DNA of 41,292 bases from a virus (lineage: Duplodnaviria; Heunggongvirae; Uroviricota; Caudoviricetes), in the IMG/VR virus record IMGVR_UViG_2718217795_000002, positions 1 through 41,292 of that record. One strand, written 5' to 3'. The position numbers and the translations under genes are program-made. The notes beneath the pieces are model-generated. The model did not search any database. It saw only the letters and a program-made list of their open reading frames with translations, and was not told where the DNA came from. Position 1 is the stretch's first letter. Each line of letters opens with the position of its first letter. This document shows, piece after piece, positions 1-8,450 of the stretch.

Positions 1-1248
1 ATGGCACTGAATATTCCATTCAGAAATGCGTACTATCGTTTTGCATCCAGTTACTCATTTCTCTTTTTTATTTCCTGGTCGCTGTGGTGGTCGTTATACG
101 CTATTTGGCTGAAAGGACATCTAGGATTAACAGGGACGGAATTAGGTACACTTTATTCGGTCAACCAGTTTACCAGCATTCTATTTATGATGTTCTACGG
201 CATCGTTCAGGATAAACTCGGTCTGAAGAAACCGCTCATCTGGTGTATGAGTTTCATTCTGGTCTTGACCGGACCGTTTATGATTTACGTTTATGAACCG
301 TTACTGCAAAGCAATTTTTCTGTAGGTCTAATTCTGGGGGCGCTCTTTTTTGGCCTGGGGTATCTGGCGGGATGCGGTTTGCTTGACAGCTTCACCGAAA
401 AAATGGCGCGAAATTTTCATTTCGAATATGGAACAGCGCGCGCCTGGGGATCTTTTGGCTATGCTATTGGCGCGTTCTTTGCCGGTATATTTTTTAGTAT
501 CAGTCCCCATATCAACTTCTGGTTGGTCTCGCTATTTGGCGCTGTATTTATGATGATCAACATGCGTTTTAAAGATAAGGATCACCAGTGCATAGCGGCG
601 GATGCGGGAGGGGTAAAAAAAGAGGATTTTATCGCAGTTTTCAAGGATCGAAACTTCTGGGTTTTTGTCATATTTATTGTGGGGACGTGGTCTTTCTATA
701 ACATTTTTGATCAACAACTCTTTCCTGTCTTTTATGCAGGTTTATTCGAATCACACGATGTAGGAACGCGCCTGTATGGTTATCTCAACTCATTCCAGGT
801 GGTACTCGAAGCGCTGTGCATGGCGATTATTCCTTTCTTTGTGAATCGGGTAGGGCCAAAAAATGCATTACTTATCGGTGTTGTGATTATGGCGTTGCGT
901 ATCCTTTCCTGCGCGTTGTTCGTTAACCCCTGGATTATTTCATTAGTGAAGCTGTTACATGCCATTGAGGTTCCACTTTGTGTCATATCCGTCTTCAAAT
1001 ACAGCGTGGCAAACTTTGATAAGCGCCTGTCGTCGACGATCTTTCTGATTGGTTTTCAAATTGCCAGTTCGCTTGGGATTGTGCTGCTTTCAACGCCGAC
1101 TGGGATACTCTTTGACCACGCAGGCTACCAGACAGTTTTCTTCGCAATTTCGGGTATTGTCTGCCTGATGTTGCTATTTGGCATTTTCTTCCTGAGTAAA
1201 AAACGCGAGCAAATAGTTATGGAAACGCCTATACCTTCAGCAATATAG
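1..1248 (+). CDS. cscB: Sucrose:H+ symporter, MFS/LacY family (CscB-like), 415 aa
   Basis: Full-length ORF; multi-TM hydrophobic profile; N-terminus MALNIPFRNAYYRFASSYSFLFF matches my recollection of E. coli CscB; csc locus is known to lie next to argW/dsd. Confidence 0.8.
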   Translation: MALNIPFRNAYYRFASSYSFLFFISWSLWWSLYAIWLKGHLGLTGTELGTLYSVNQFTSILFMMFYGIVQDKLGLKKPLIWCMSFILVLTGPFMIYVYEPLLQSNFSVGLILGALFFGLGYLAGCGLLDSFTEKMARNFHFEYGTARAWGSFGYAIGAFFAGIFFSISPHINFWLVSLFGAVFMMINMRFKDKDHQCIAADAGGVKKEDFIAVFKDRNFWVFVIFIVGTWSFYNIFDQQLFPVFYAGLFESHDVGTRLYGYLNSFQVVLEALCMAIIPFFVNRVGPKNALLIGVVIMALRILSCALFVNPWIISLVKLLHAIEVPLCVISVFKYSVANFDKRLSSTIFLIGFQIASSLGIVLLSTPTGILFDHAGYQTVFFAISGIVCLMLLFGIFFLSKKREQIVMETPIPSAI

Positions 1249-1327
1249 ACGTAAACTTTTTCCGGTTGTTGTCGATATCTCCATATCCCTCAACCGGAAA
1301 ATAATAATACAAAAATGCTTAGCCCAA

Positions 1328-1564
1328 CTAATAATCACCTAATCCAAACGCCTCATTCATGTTCTGGTACAGTCGCTCAAATGTACTCCGGATACGCGGT
1401 TCGCTGATTTCCAGGACATTGTCGTCATTCAGCGACCTGTCCCGAGTATCACGGGCCTGCGAATTCATCAAGGAATGCATTGCAGAGTGAAGTATCGAGT
1501 CACGCCATATTTCGCTATCAGGATTCTGTATGATGGTTACATCGCCCGGCCCAGGGCTGTTTAG
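1328..1564 (-). pseudogene. Open reading frame of about 78 codons with no start codon; likely 3' fragment of a truncated chromosomal gene between cscB and the prophage junction
   Basis: Minus-strand frame open from 1564 to stop at 1328-1330 (ends ...ERLYQNMNEAFGLGDY*), no in-frame start of adequate length. Confidence 0.3.
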
Positions 1565-1689
1565 TCATCAGCGCTTTCTGACAGTGCTGAGATTTCAACC
1601 TGTTGCAGTAAAAATGAGTAGATATAGGGCAAGTGTGCTGCCAAACCCATCTTTTACGGGGTGAAGGTAGATATTGTTAGAAGGGTATC

Positions 1690-1704
1690 TGGTGTCCCCT
1701 GCAG
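1690..1704. repeat. attR core: 15-bp copy (tggtgtcccctgcag) of the argW 3' end
   Basis: Exact 15-bp match to 40210-40224; flanking bases differ on both sides. Confidence 0.8.
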
Positions 1705-1777
1705 ACATCTACTTGAAGCGGCAGGGGGTTGATTGGAATGGTGTTTTTTAGATGTGATAAATATTTTACCCGCTATT

Positions 1778-1978
1778 TTACCCATTGGCGCGGCTTAAGA
1801 GCTTATTTTTGAATTCACAATGGTCACGATATAACCATCTTGCTCGACCGTGGATAACTTTGGCTTTTGGCAGGTCGCCGGACTTAATCCGGTCATAGAT
1901 GAAGGTTTTACCAAAGCCAGTATCGGCCATGATGAATTTCAAATCAACCAGTGAATCAGGCTGTAGTTCGTGTTGCAT
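1778..1978 (-). CDS. torI: Excisionase-like / AlpA-family DNA-binding protein TorI, 66 aa
   Basis: 66-aa ORF immediately inside attR; sequence MQHELQPDSLVDLKFIMADTGFGKTF... recalled as E. coli KplE1 TorI. Confidence 0.8.
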   Translation of the reverse strand: MQHELQPDSLVDLKFIMADTGFGKTFIYDRIKSGDLPKAKVIHGRARWLYRDHCEFKNKLLSRANG

Positions 1979-2021
1979 GAGTGCTATCTCCGAATAGGGA
2001 ATCGAACCTGCAAATCAGGCA

Positions 2022-2043
2022 ATAAAAAACCGCATTGATGCGG
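2022..2043 (-). terminator. Rho-independent terminator of the leftward early operon (stem ccgca/tgcgg, T-run on minus strand)
   Basis: Plus strand aaaaaaccgcattgatgcgg; on the minus strand a hairpin followed by TTTTTT, downstream of the ORF ending at 2103. Confidence 0.5.
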
Positions 2044-2102
2044 CGATGTTATGTCTGGATATATTGAGAAATGAACAGGCCTCATCGAGTGTGAGGCTGT
2101 GG

Positions 2103-2474
2103 TTAGTCATTGCGTAACTCGCTAATTCTTTTGTAAGTCTCTGGTGCTTTGTTTCCGTGTATCTTCATTTCTGACTTCAACAGAGCAACGAGGGAATCCC
2201 ATTCGTTGAGGATGCCTTTGAATGCCGGAACGCGCTTTGCAACCTTGTCGAATGAATCTCTGATTTCTGGAATCTGCTCGACAAGCGCAACGCATCGTCG
2301 GAAATCGGCTGCGTCATGTGGAGCGCCGAAGTGATGACCATAGATATTCTTTTTCAGTCCACATGCGATTGAGGCAAGAGTTGCGCTACTGATGCCGACA
2401 TCGCCAGTCGATTGCCATTTCAAAACCTTCATAGCCAAATCTGACATTTCTTGTCTCCAATAAAAAACCGCCAT
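2103..2474 (-). CDS. Hypothetical phage protein, 123 aa
   Basis: ORF in the co-directional minus-strand operon; start overlaps stop of the upstream small ORF (TGATG); alternative start at Met10 with a GGAG SD. Confidence 0.6.
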   Translation of the reverse strand: MAVFYWRQEMSDLAMKVLKWQSTGDVGISSATLASIACGLKKNIYGHHFGAPHDAADFRRCVALVEQIPEIRDSFDKVAKRVPAFKGILNEWDSLVALLKSEMKIHGNKAPETYKRISELRND

Positions 2475-2641
2475 CAGGCGGCATGGTGTTCTTTCAGTTC
2501 TTCAATTCGAATATTGGTTACGTCTGCATGCGCTATCTGCGCCCATATCATCCAGTGGTCATAGCAGTCGTTGATGTTCTCTGCTTCGATAACTCTGTTG
2601 AATGGCTCTCCATTCCATTCACCTGTCACCCGGAAGTGCAT
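2474..2641 (-). CDS. Small hypothetical protein, 55 aa (below ORF-track cutoff)
   Basis: ATG at 2641 preceded by GGAG with 7-nt spacer; stop overlaps next start; fills the gap between flanking genes. Confidence 0.3.
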   Translation of the reverse strand: MHFRVTGEWNGEPFNRVIEAENINDCYDHWMIWAQIAHADVTNIRIEELKEHHAA

Positions 2642-2713
2642 TTATCATCTCCATAAAACAAAACTCGCCGTAGCGAGTTCAGATAAAAGAAATCCCCGCG
2701 AATGCGAGGATTG

Positions 2714-2998
2714 TTATTCAGTGCCGATATTCACCTTTATCGCGAACACCTTTACCGGTTTATCGCCGAAGTGGGGATGTGTGATTGTCTTGATTTCATA
2801 TCCGTCATACGGAATATCAATTCTGCGGCTGGAATCGTCGCGCTTCGGATATCCCTTTGTGATAATCAGACGGTCATACTTTCGGAACATAATTCGCTTA
2901 TTCCAATAGTCATTACACAGGCGATACTCTTCCGTTTTCTCTCCGCGAATCATGGCATCGAAGTATTCACCTTTAACGGCAAGTTGCAGGTTAGCCAC
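2714..2998 (-). CDS. Hypothetical protein, possibly ASCH/PUA-like fold, 94 aa
   Basis: ORF in operon; family assignment is from weak recollection only. Confidence 0.6.
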   Translation of the reverse strand: MANLQLAVKGEYFDAMIRGEKTEEYRLCNDYWNKRIMFRKYDRLIITKGYPKRDDSSRRIDIPYDGYEIKTITHPHFGDKPVKVFAIKVNIGTE

Positions 2999-3611
2999 GG
3001 TTAACCTCCTGCGGCGGCTCCGGTAGCGGCATCCAGTGAGTTATTTCATCGGCAAAGATATCTGAGTTAAGTTCCGTCCAACTATTCCAATACCCAGATT
3101 CATCCCACCATTTAACCTCGACATGCTCGCCGTCGGTCACTAACACATCAGCATACCCTTTCGGCATTCGCTCACTACAGCTTATCCAACTATCCGGAGT
3201 TACCGGAGAGTTGCCAGATAGCTCGTTCAACTTGTAAGTTTGGCTTACAGGTTCGGCACCATGAAGCATGGCGGCGCGGCAGGCATTCCAGCCTCTCACC
3301 TCTGCAATAGCGGCAACAGCATCGACCGCGTACATGCTAAGAGGGTTAGGCATTGTTTTTTCTTCAGGTACTACTGGCACTGGAGGGGCGGCATAAACAG
3401 GAATAACGTCCGCTTGCTCTTTATTGCTTTCATCCGTTAAAGCCCAGAATAATTTCCCGGCCGGATGTTTGAAAATATAAGCAACTGGATCTGCTTCCAG
3501 CGATGCCAGAGCAATTTCATAAGCACGGCGCTCAATATTGTCTCGAACGTCCAAGCTGCCTATGCGCTCTTTGATTTCTTTAATCAGTTCTTTGTCGGTA
3601 AAAGTGGTCAT
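2991..3611 (-). CDS. DUF551-domain phage protein, about 206 aa
   Basis: C-terminal WISCSERMPKGY...WMPLPEPP motif typical of DUF551; start moved to ATG at 3611 with AAGGAG SD (track ORF extends to 3641). Confidence 0.7.
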   Translation of the reverse strand: MTTFTDKELIKEIKERIGSLDVRDNIERRAYEIALASLEADPVAYIFKHPAGKLFWALTDESNKEQADVIPVYAAPPVPVVPEEKTMPNPLSMYAVDAVAAIAEVRGWNACRAAMLHGAEPVSQTYKLNELSGNSPVTPDSWISCSERMPKGYADVLVTDGEHVEVKWWDESGYWNSWTELNSDIFADEITHWMPLPEPPQEVNRG

Positions 3612-3612
3612 A

Positions 3613-4320
3613 TCACTCTCCTTTGATGCGAATGCCAGCAAGCCAGTTTCTTATGCCGATATATTCAGCGTTCCTGAAACCGCTTTTTACATATATAAAT
3701 GGCAAGCGAAGATTGTGACCATTGACTGCCAGGTAGTCTTTACAACCCTGTTCGGTGAAACAGCAGGTAACGAATTCATCAATATCTTTCACAGCAACGC
3801 GCCGCCATTTTTCTGGTGGCTCTCGAAAGTTTTCGTGAAGTAGTTCGAGACGACGACTTTGGCGTTTATTGGCTTCATTGCCATCTTCATCAACCCAGAC
3901 AATCCGGTCATAGTCATAATCAGCATCAACAACGATTTCGCGCTTTTGATACACACAAAACATAGGGTCTGACGTTATTCGATTATCCTGTGTTCGAATA
4001 TTTTCACCGATGATGCCAAACGAATCTGGTGCAGAGTTTGTCTGCAACTCTTCGATACGTTCAGCCATAGCAGCACACTCTTCAAAGTTGCTTAATTCTT
4101 TTCGCTCCCATTCGGCGCATTGTTTTTCCAGTTCTGCTATGCGCTTACTCCCATCCGAGATAACGCCCTCGTAATACTCACGCTGCTCGTTGAGTTTTGA
4201 TTCAAGTTCACCGAACTTACGGACAAGATATTCAGCGTTTGTTTCGTTAACCTTTAAATCTCGTGGGATGCATTGACCTTTCAGAAATCCATCCATCTCA
4301 ATTAGTGACATTTGTTTCAT
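3613..4320 (-). CDS. Ea22-like coiled-coil protein, about 235 aa
   Basis: Coiled-coil N-terminal region plus C-terminal domain as in lambdoid Ea22 proteins; track start at 4338 is GTG; ATG at 4320 forms an ATGA overlap with the upstream small ORF. Confidence 0.6.
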   Translation of the reverse strand: MKQMSLIEMDGFLKGQCIPRDLKVNETNAEYLVRKFGELESKLNEQREYYEGVISDGSKRIAELEKQCAEWERKELSNFEECAAMAERIEELQTNSAPDSFGIIGENIRTQDNRITSDPMFCVYQKREIVVDADYDYDRIVWVDEDGNEANKRQSRRLELLHENFREPPEKWRRVAVKDIDEFVTCCFTEQGCKDYLAVNGHNLRLPFIYVKSGFRNAEYIGIRNWLAGIRIKGE

Positions 4321-4481
4321 TTCTTCCCACTCCGCCACATCGCATTCAGATATTTGTTTTGATTTACTGATGGAAAAGAATTTCTCTTAAGCAATTCCTC
4401 TCTCGATGGCATTGGCTTTACGCGTTGGCGAATAATCATTTCTGCCGGAAGAATGCCGGGATTGTATGCAAGTCCTCTCAT
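4317..4481 (-). CDS. Small hypothetical protein, 54 aa (below ORF-track cutoff)
   Basis: ATGA start/stop overlaps with both neighbours (4478-4481 and 4317-4320). Confidence 0.3.
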   Translation of the reverse strand: MRGLAYNPGILPAEMIIRQRVKPMPSREELLKRNSFPSVNQNKYLNAMWRSGKK

Positions 4482-4759
4482 GATTTACTCTCCACGAACT
4501 GGTCAACGGCCATGCTAAGTGACACACCTAAAGTTTCGATATGCTGCTGAATATCCTGTAGCGTCTGCGCCTGAGATAACAGTATTTCACGGTTGCATAA
4601 CTCTTTAACCAGATGCTCAAACTTGCTGTAATAACCGATACGGCTTAGTGTTTCTTTCCCTGCATTCTCGCCTTCTTTGATAATTCCTCTTTCGCTAAGA
4701 ATCAGGTCGTGTTTGGTGCCGGTAATAACGTATTTTCCGAGGTCGATGTTTAGCTTCAT
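4478..4759 (-). CDS. Hypothetical protein, 93 aa
   Basis: ORF in the co-directional operon; no family recognised. Confidence 0.55.
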   Translation of the reverse strand: MKLNIDLGKYVITGTKHDLILSERGIIKEGENAGKETLSRIGYYSKFEHLVKELCNREILLSQAQTLQDIQQHIETLGVSLSMAVDQFVESKS

Positions 4760-4775
4760 TGTTAATTACTCCATG

Positions 4776-5090
4776 TTAATTTATTCGTATGCCTGCTCTT
4801 TCTTCATCGAGTTTTTTTAGCTTGTATCGCATAGCTCTTACTGAATAAATTGAGCGGCAGGTTGCAATTGCTATTTCTTCTGCGGAGAACTTACCGAAAA
4901 GTGATACTTCGGCTCTTGTCCATCGTCTTCCACGAAGTCGGCTAACAATGTCAGCGCCAATCCTTGTTGCTTTCGCCATTACTGCTTTTTCAGTCCTTTC
5001 CAGTTTTTCAGCGATAACTTCAACTGGCATTGTCGCCGCTACTTCGCGCAAGAAATCGACTTCCCATTTCTCCCATGGAGTCTTTTTCAT
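4776..5090 (-). CDS. Hypothetical protein with two Trp-containing SANT/Myb-like helix repeats (putative DNA-binding), 104 aa
   Basis: Two internal repeats (WEKWEVDFLREVAA... and WTRAEVSLFGKFSAEEIA...) read by eye. Confidence 0.55.
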   Translation of the reverse strand: MKKTPWEKWEVDFLREVAATMPVEVIAEKLERTEKAVMAKATRIGADIVSRLRGRRWTRAEVSLFGKFSAEEIAIATCRSIYSVRAMRYKLKKLDEERAGIRIN

Positions 5091-5101
5091 AGGCGATACC
5101 G

Positions 5102-5590
5102 TTATTTGATAAGAAGTGAAGGTTTCCCAACTTTGAGTTGAGCACCGGGGATATTTATTCCTGCTTTTAGTTGTTGTTTGATTGCCAGTTTGTCGGCTTT
5201 AATTGTCGTTTCGAACTCAACGTATTCAGGAGGAAGGGCGCTTGAGTCGAAGATTTCTACAGTTTCTGACGGTTTGCGGATTGTTACCTGGTGAATACCT
5301 GCTCGAATCTTTTTCTTGCCAACCATTTCAAGCGATGACGCTATATACGCCATAATGCTGTTAATCTTATTTTGAATTACTGCGGCTCGCTCATTTAGTG
5401 ACTTTGCCTCTTCCTTGAGGCGTTCAGCATAACCAGATTCATTTTTAATAATGGCAAGAAGTTGCTCTATTTTATCGGTAAATTCTCCTTCCATGCCTTC
5501 TATTGTGTCAGCAATCATCTCTGGTTCTAAATCTGAATCCATCAATTTTGCGTATTCATTGGCAATTTCATACAGTTTGCTCACTAGCAA
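5102..5590 (-). CDS. Gp157-like coiled-coil protein (recombination-module accessory), 162 aa
   Basis: Directly downstream of recT; family assignment from recollection, moderate. Confidence 0.6.
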   Translation of the reverse strand: MLVSKLYEIANEYAKLMDSDLEPEMIADTIEGMEGEFTDKIEQLLAIIKNESGYAERLKEEAKSLNERAAVIQNKINSIMAYIASSLEMVGKKKIRAGIHQVTIRKPSETVEIFDSSALPPEYVEFETTIKADKLAIKQQLKAGINIPGAQLKVGKPSLLIK

Positions 5591-6470
5591 CCTCCAGTTT
5601 CGCTTTGCATTCTATGTAAATGGCTTGTACGTTCTGCTGCAATTTCATTCCAGATGTCAGGCGATATGCTTCTGCAAAATATCGCTTCAAATCATCCATG
5701 TTTTCTGCCTGAGCCATTTCATCACAAAGAAGTTGTGCTTTATCCATTATTTCCTGCTGGCGTTTCCGTTCATCTTCGCGGATATCTTCCTCTGATTTGT
5801 GCGGCATAACTGGTTCCTGATGCATACCTTCATCTTCGTTAAGCAGGTGAATGGCATTATCCAGTCGCTGGGCTTTAGGCCAGTATTTGCTGGCACGTTT
5901 AACTATTGTTTTACGCGCCATCTCTTCCCAGAATGTTTTCCACGGTCCATTCTTTGCCTTGCTCGTTGCTTCCACAGCTTTAATTTCTGCCAGACTCATT
6001 TCTTCAGTCAGGTAGTCACCATCTGCTGTTTTAACCGTGCAATAACCTCCAACAATAGAGCCTCGCTCACCAAATGCGTTGTATTTGTGGGTTGGTGCTG
6101 AATCAAGGCCATTTGATTCATAGGTGTCGTTTGAGTACACCAGTTTGCATTGCCCCCACTTAATTGATCCTGTCGATTGCGCAAGATGAAGTAATCCCAT
6201 GTAACTGATATCAAGGCACACCATGCCGTCGCGCGGAACCAGATAAGCAAGTTTGCTGGCCGGGTTTAAGGTGATGCCGATCGCCGCAACATTGATGATG
6301 GCGTTCTGTGCGCTGGTTGGATTTGCCAGTGCCGTTTTAGCCAGGTAATCATTTTTCTGGAAATACTGAATTGCAAACTGGCTTTCCTTAGCCCATGTCA
6401 CCGTCTGTTCAGTCAATGCTCCGCAGAATAACTGCTCTTGCTGTTTAACGAATTCAACGATATTGCTCAT
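5568..6470 (-). CDS. recT: RecT-family single-strand annealing recombinase, 300 aa
   Basis: Motifs such as GITLNP...AYLVPR and overall similarity to RecT; sits in the lambda bet position. Confidence 0.85.
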   Translation of the reverse strand: MSNIVEFVKQQEQLFCGALTEQTVTWAKESQFAIQYFQKNDYLAKTALANPTSAQNAIINVAAIGITLNPASKLAYLVPRDGMVCLDISYMGLLHLAQSTGSIKWGQCKLVYSNDTYESNGLDSAPTHKYNAFGERGSIVGGYCTVKTADGDYLTEEMSLAEIKAVEATSKAKNGPWKTFWEEMARKTIVKRASKYWPKAQRLDNAIHLLNEDEGMHQEPVMPHKSEEDIREDERKRQQEIMDKAQLLCDEMAQAENMDDLKRYFAEAYRLTSGMKLQQNVQAIYIECKAKLEVASEQTV

Positions 6471-6778
6471 GCTGCTTCTCCAAAAATGTGTCTGCGTTTG
6501 AATATTGCGAAGGCATATTCAGCCTTAACTCTTTCTGTTATTGCATCCCAGAACCATTCAGCGGCTTTTTCCTGATAGTTACAGTCATCATCTTCCAGCC
6601 AGTCGATAGCGTCCTTAGTGTGTTCATCTGGCTTATATGAGCGAAGCATTTCGCTTATTGGGTCGCAACGTTTGCAGAGGCGATCAACTTCACTGTTGAT
6701 TCGTTCGTAATCTTCATCAGTAAAACTTGCGATTATTTGCGATATTTCACGCTTATCATTCAGAGTCAGAATCATCAT
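6467..6778 (-). CDS. Hypothetical protein, 103 aa
   Basis: ORF whose stop overlaps the recT start; in the lambda gam position but no Gam similarity recognised. Confidence 0.55.
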   Translation of the reverse strand: MMILTLNDKREISQIIASFTDEDYERINSEVDRLCKRCDPISEMLRSYKPDEHTKDAIDWLEDDDCNYQEKAAEWFWDAITERVKAEYAFAIFKRRHIFGEAA

Positions 6779-6859
6779 CTTTCTCCTGTTCTTTGTGCTG
6801 ATTGAGCATTTTGTTCATCTGACGAATGAATTCTTCGTCTGACCAGTTATCTGTAAAAC

Positions 6860-7012
6860 TCATTTCCTGCGATACCACGGAATGTTGATCGCTGATTTCA
6901 TCGCTTTATTTGCTTCAAGCCACATTTTGGAATCACCAATAAATCTGGCTATTACTGCTTTGTTTTGTGCTGCACGAAGCATCTGGTGATTGATGGCTAT
7001 TTCATTGCGCAT
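6860..7012 (-). CDS. kil: Kil-like host cell-division inhibitor, 50 aa (below ORF-track cutoff)
   Basis: GGAGG SD 4 nt upstream of ATG; segment IARFIGDSKMWLEANKA resembles recalled lambda Kil (IATFIGDEKMFREA); located between cIII-like ORF and the recombination genes as in lambda. Confidence 0.4.
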   Translation of the reverse strand: MRNEIAINHQMLRAAQNKAVIARFIGDSKMWLEANKAMKSAINIPWYRRK

Positions 7013-7131
7013 AACGCCTCCAGTTGTTTCTTTGCTGCTCTGATTAATTGTTTAACTCGGCGTGATAATTCAGATTCGTGCGGGTAGAAAGCGGACATGA
7101 CGCCGCTACCCGCGAGCTGAAAGTGCATCAT
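6997..7131 (-). CDS. cIII: cIII-like FtsH inhibitor, 44 aa (below ORF-track cutoff)
   Basis: GGAG SD; pattern ..AG..V......ES.L..R...L.. resembles recalled lambda CIII; position leftward of N as in lambda. Confidence 0.4.
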   Translation of the reverse strand: MMHFQLAGSGVMSAFYPHESELSRRVKQLIRAAKKQLEALCAMK

Positions 7132-7214
7132 GGGTAACTCCTTATATTTGATTGCATAACGAAAACGCCTCGAGTGAAGCGTTATTGGTATGCGGTAAAG
7201 CCGCGCTCAGGCGG

Positions 7215-7463
7215 CTACTCTATTTCTTCTTCGAATGATTTTATTAGTCGGTCAATAACATCATCCGTTTCAATATCATTTCCGTCTGATTGCTTTAATA
7301 CATCTATTGATTCTGCAGCGGTGAATTCCATCGCTGTGAGAAACTCGACAATTGCACACTCAACGACATATCGTTCTTCATCTGTACGACATGAGATAAA
7401 AGAGCATTTAATTGCTGTTATTACTTTTTGTTTAAGCTCTGCAGGGTAATCAGTTTTTATCAT
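7215..7463 (-). CDS. Hypothetical acidic protein, 82 aa
   Basis: ORF immediately downstream of a terminator hairpin; occupies the lambda ea10 position. Confidence 0.55.
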   Translation of the reverse strand: MIKTDYPAELKQKVITAIKCSFISCRTDEERYVVECAIVEFLTAMEFTAAESIDVLKQSDGNDIETDDVIDRLIKSFEEEIE

Positions 7464-7476
7464 CGTTTACTCCGTC

Positions 7477-7505
7477 AAAAAAATTGCCCTCACATTAGAG
7501 GGCAA
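7477..7505 (-). terminator. Rho-independent terminator within the pL operon (8-bp stem ttgccctc/gagggcaa plus T7 run on minus strand)
   Basis: Perfect 8-bp inverted repeat with 6-nt loop followed by TTTTTTT on the transcribed strand. Confidence 0.65.
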
Positions 7506-7660
7506 AGAAGATTTCCAATAATCAGAACAAGTCGGCTCCTGTTTAGTTACGAGCGACATTGCTCCGTGTATTCACTCGTTGGAATGAATACACAGTGCTG
7601 TGTTTATTCTGTTATTTATGCCAAAAATAAAGGCCACTATCAGGCAGCTTTGTTGTTCTA

Positions 7661-7807
7661 TTAACCAAGTTCTCTGGCAATCATTGCCGTCGTTCGTATT
7701 GCCCACACCATTGATTCTTATCAATAGTCGTAGTCATACGGATAGTCCTGGTATTGTTCCATCACATCCTGCGGATGCTCTTCGAACTCTTCAAATTCTT
7801 CTTCCAT
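7661..7807 (-). pseudogene. ral: ral-like (restriction alleviation) reading frame interrupted by tandem in-frame stops (TGA TAA)
   Basis: 28-aa acidic ORF with GAGGTGA SD (7721-7807), then TGA TAA, then the same frame encodes ...MVWAIRTTAMIARELG*, matching the recalled C-terminus of lambda Ral. Confidence 0.4.
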
Positions 7808-7861
7808 ATCTCACCTCAAATAAGTGGTTTGCTGCGAAAGTAAATACGCTTAAGTTACCTG

Positions 7862-7999
7862 TTATTTATCCCACCAAGTTCCGTATCTATCTATCCAGTT
7901 ACACCAATCATCGACACTCCATTTTGTTGTGTCGCATTTTGGCAACTGGCATGAATATCTACCTTCTTTGTAAAGTCGGCGCTTGACTTTCTTGAGCAT
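7862..7999 (-). CDS. Small Cys/Trp-rich hypothetical protein, 45 aa (below ORF-track cutoff)
   Basis: ATG preceded by GAGGTGA SD; just downstream of N stop. Confidence 0.3.
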   Translation of the reverse strand: MLKKVKRRLYKEGRYSCQLPKCDTTKWSVDDWCNWIDRYGTWWDK

Positions 8000-8007
8000 G
8001 GCTCACC

Positions 8008-8340
8008 TCAATCGTAATAAGCTGGAATTGATTTTCCGCGTTGCTTCTGGCGGCCTGAGCAAGTCACACCTATTTCACTGCGTGGCTTGCTGTACCATGT
8101 GCGCTGATTCTTGCGCTCAATACGCTGCAGGTTGCTTTCAATCTGTTCGTGGTATTCAGCCAGCACCGTAAGGTCTATCGGATTCAGTGCGCTTTCTACT
8201 CGTGAATTCGGTTTGCGATTCAGCGAGAGAATAGGGCGGTTAACTGGTTTTGCGCTTACCCCAACCAACAGGGGATTTGCTGCTTTCCATTGAGCCTGTT
8301 TCTCTGCGCGACGTTCGCGGCGGCGTGTTTGTGCATCCAT
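8008..8340 (-). CDS. N: Antitermination protein N (lambda type), 110 aa
   Basis: N-terminal arginine-rich motif MDAQTRRRERRAEKQAQWKAAN identical to lambda N; track ORF trimmed to the ATG at 8340. Confidence 0.9.
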   Translation of the reverse strand: MDAQTRRRERRAEKQAQWKAANPLLVGVSAKPVNRPILSLNRKPNSRVESALNPIDLTVLAEYHEQIESNLQRIERKNQRTWYSKPRSEIGVTCSGRQKQRGKSIPAYYD

Positions 8341-8450
8341 CTGGATTCTCCTGTCAGTTAGCTTTGAGTAACGCGCCGTGATGCTTATCTCCACGGTTGC
8401 TGTCTTGCAGCTGCATTTCGCGCTACTCAAAGCTTTCTGCTTTGAATGCT

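Noticed and set aside
5451-6101. Plus-strand ORFs (5451-5795, 5799-6101) in the early-left region
   Set aside because: Antisense to Gp157-like and RecT genes; no SD; odd composition; classic shadow ORFs
7428-7986. Plus-strand ORFs 7428-7664 and 7600-7986
   Set aside because: Low-complexity translations opposite the minus-strand operon and spanning a terminator; no start context
8008-8430. Full 140-aa track ORF for N
   Set aside because: First 30 codons lack a start context and run into nutL; the protein begins at the lambda N Met (8340)
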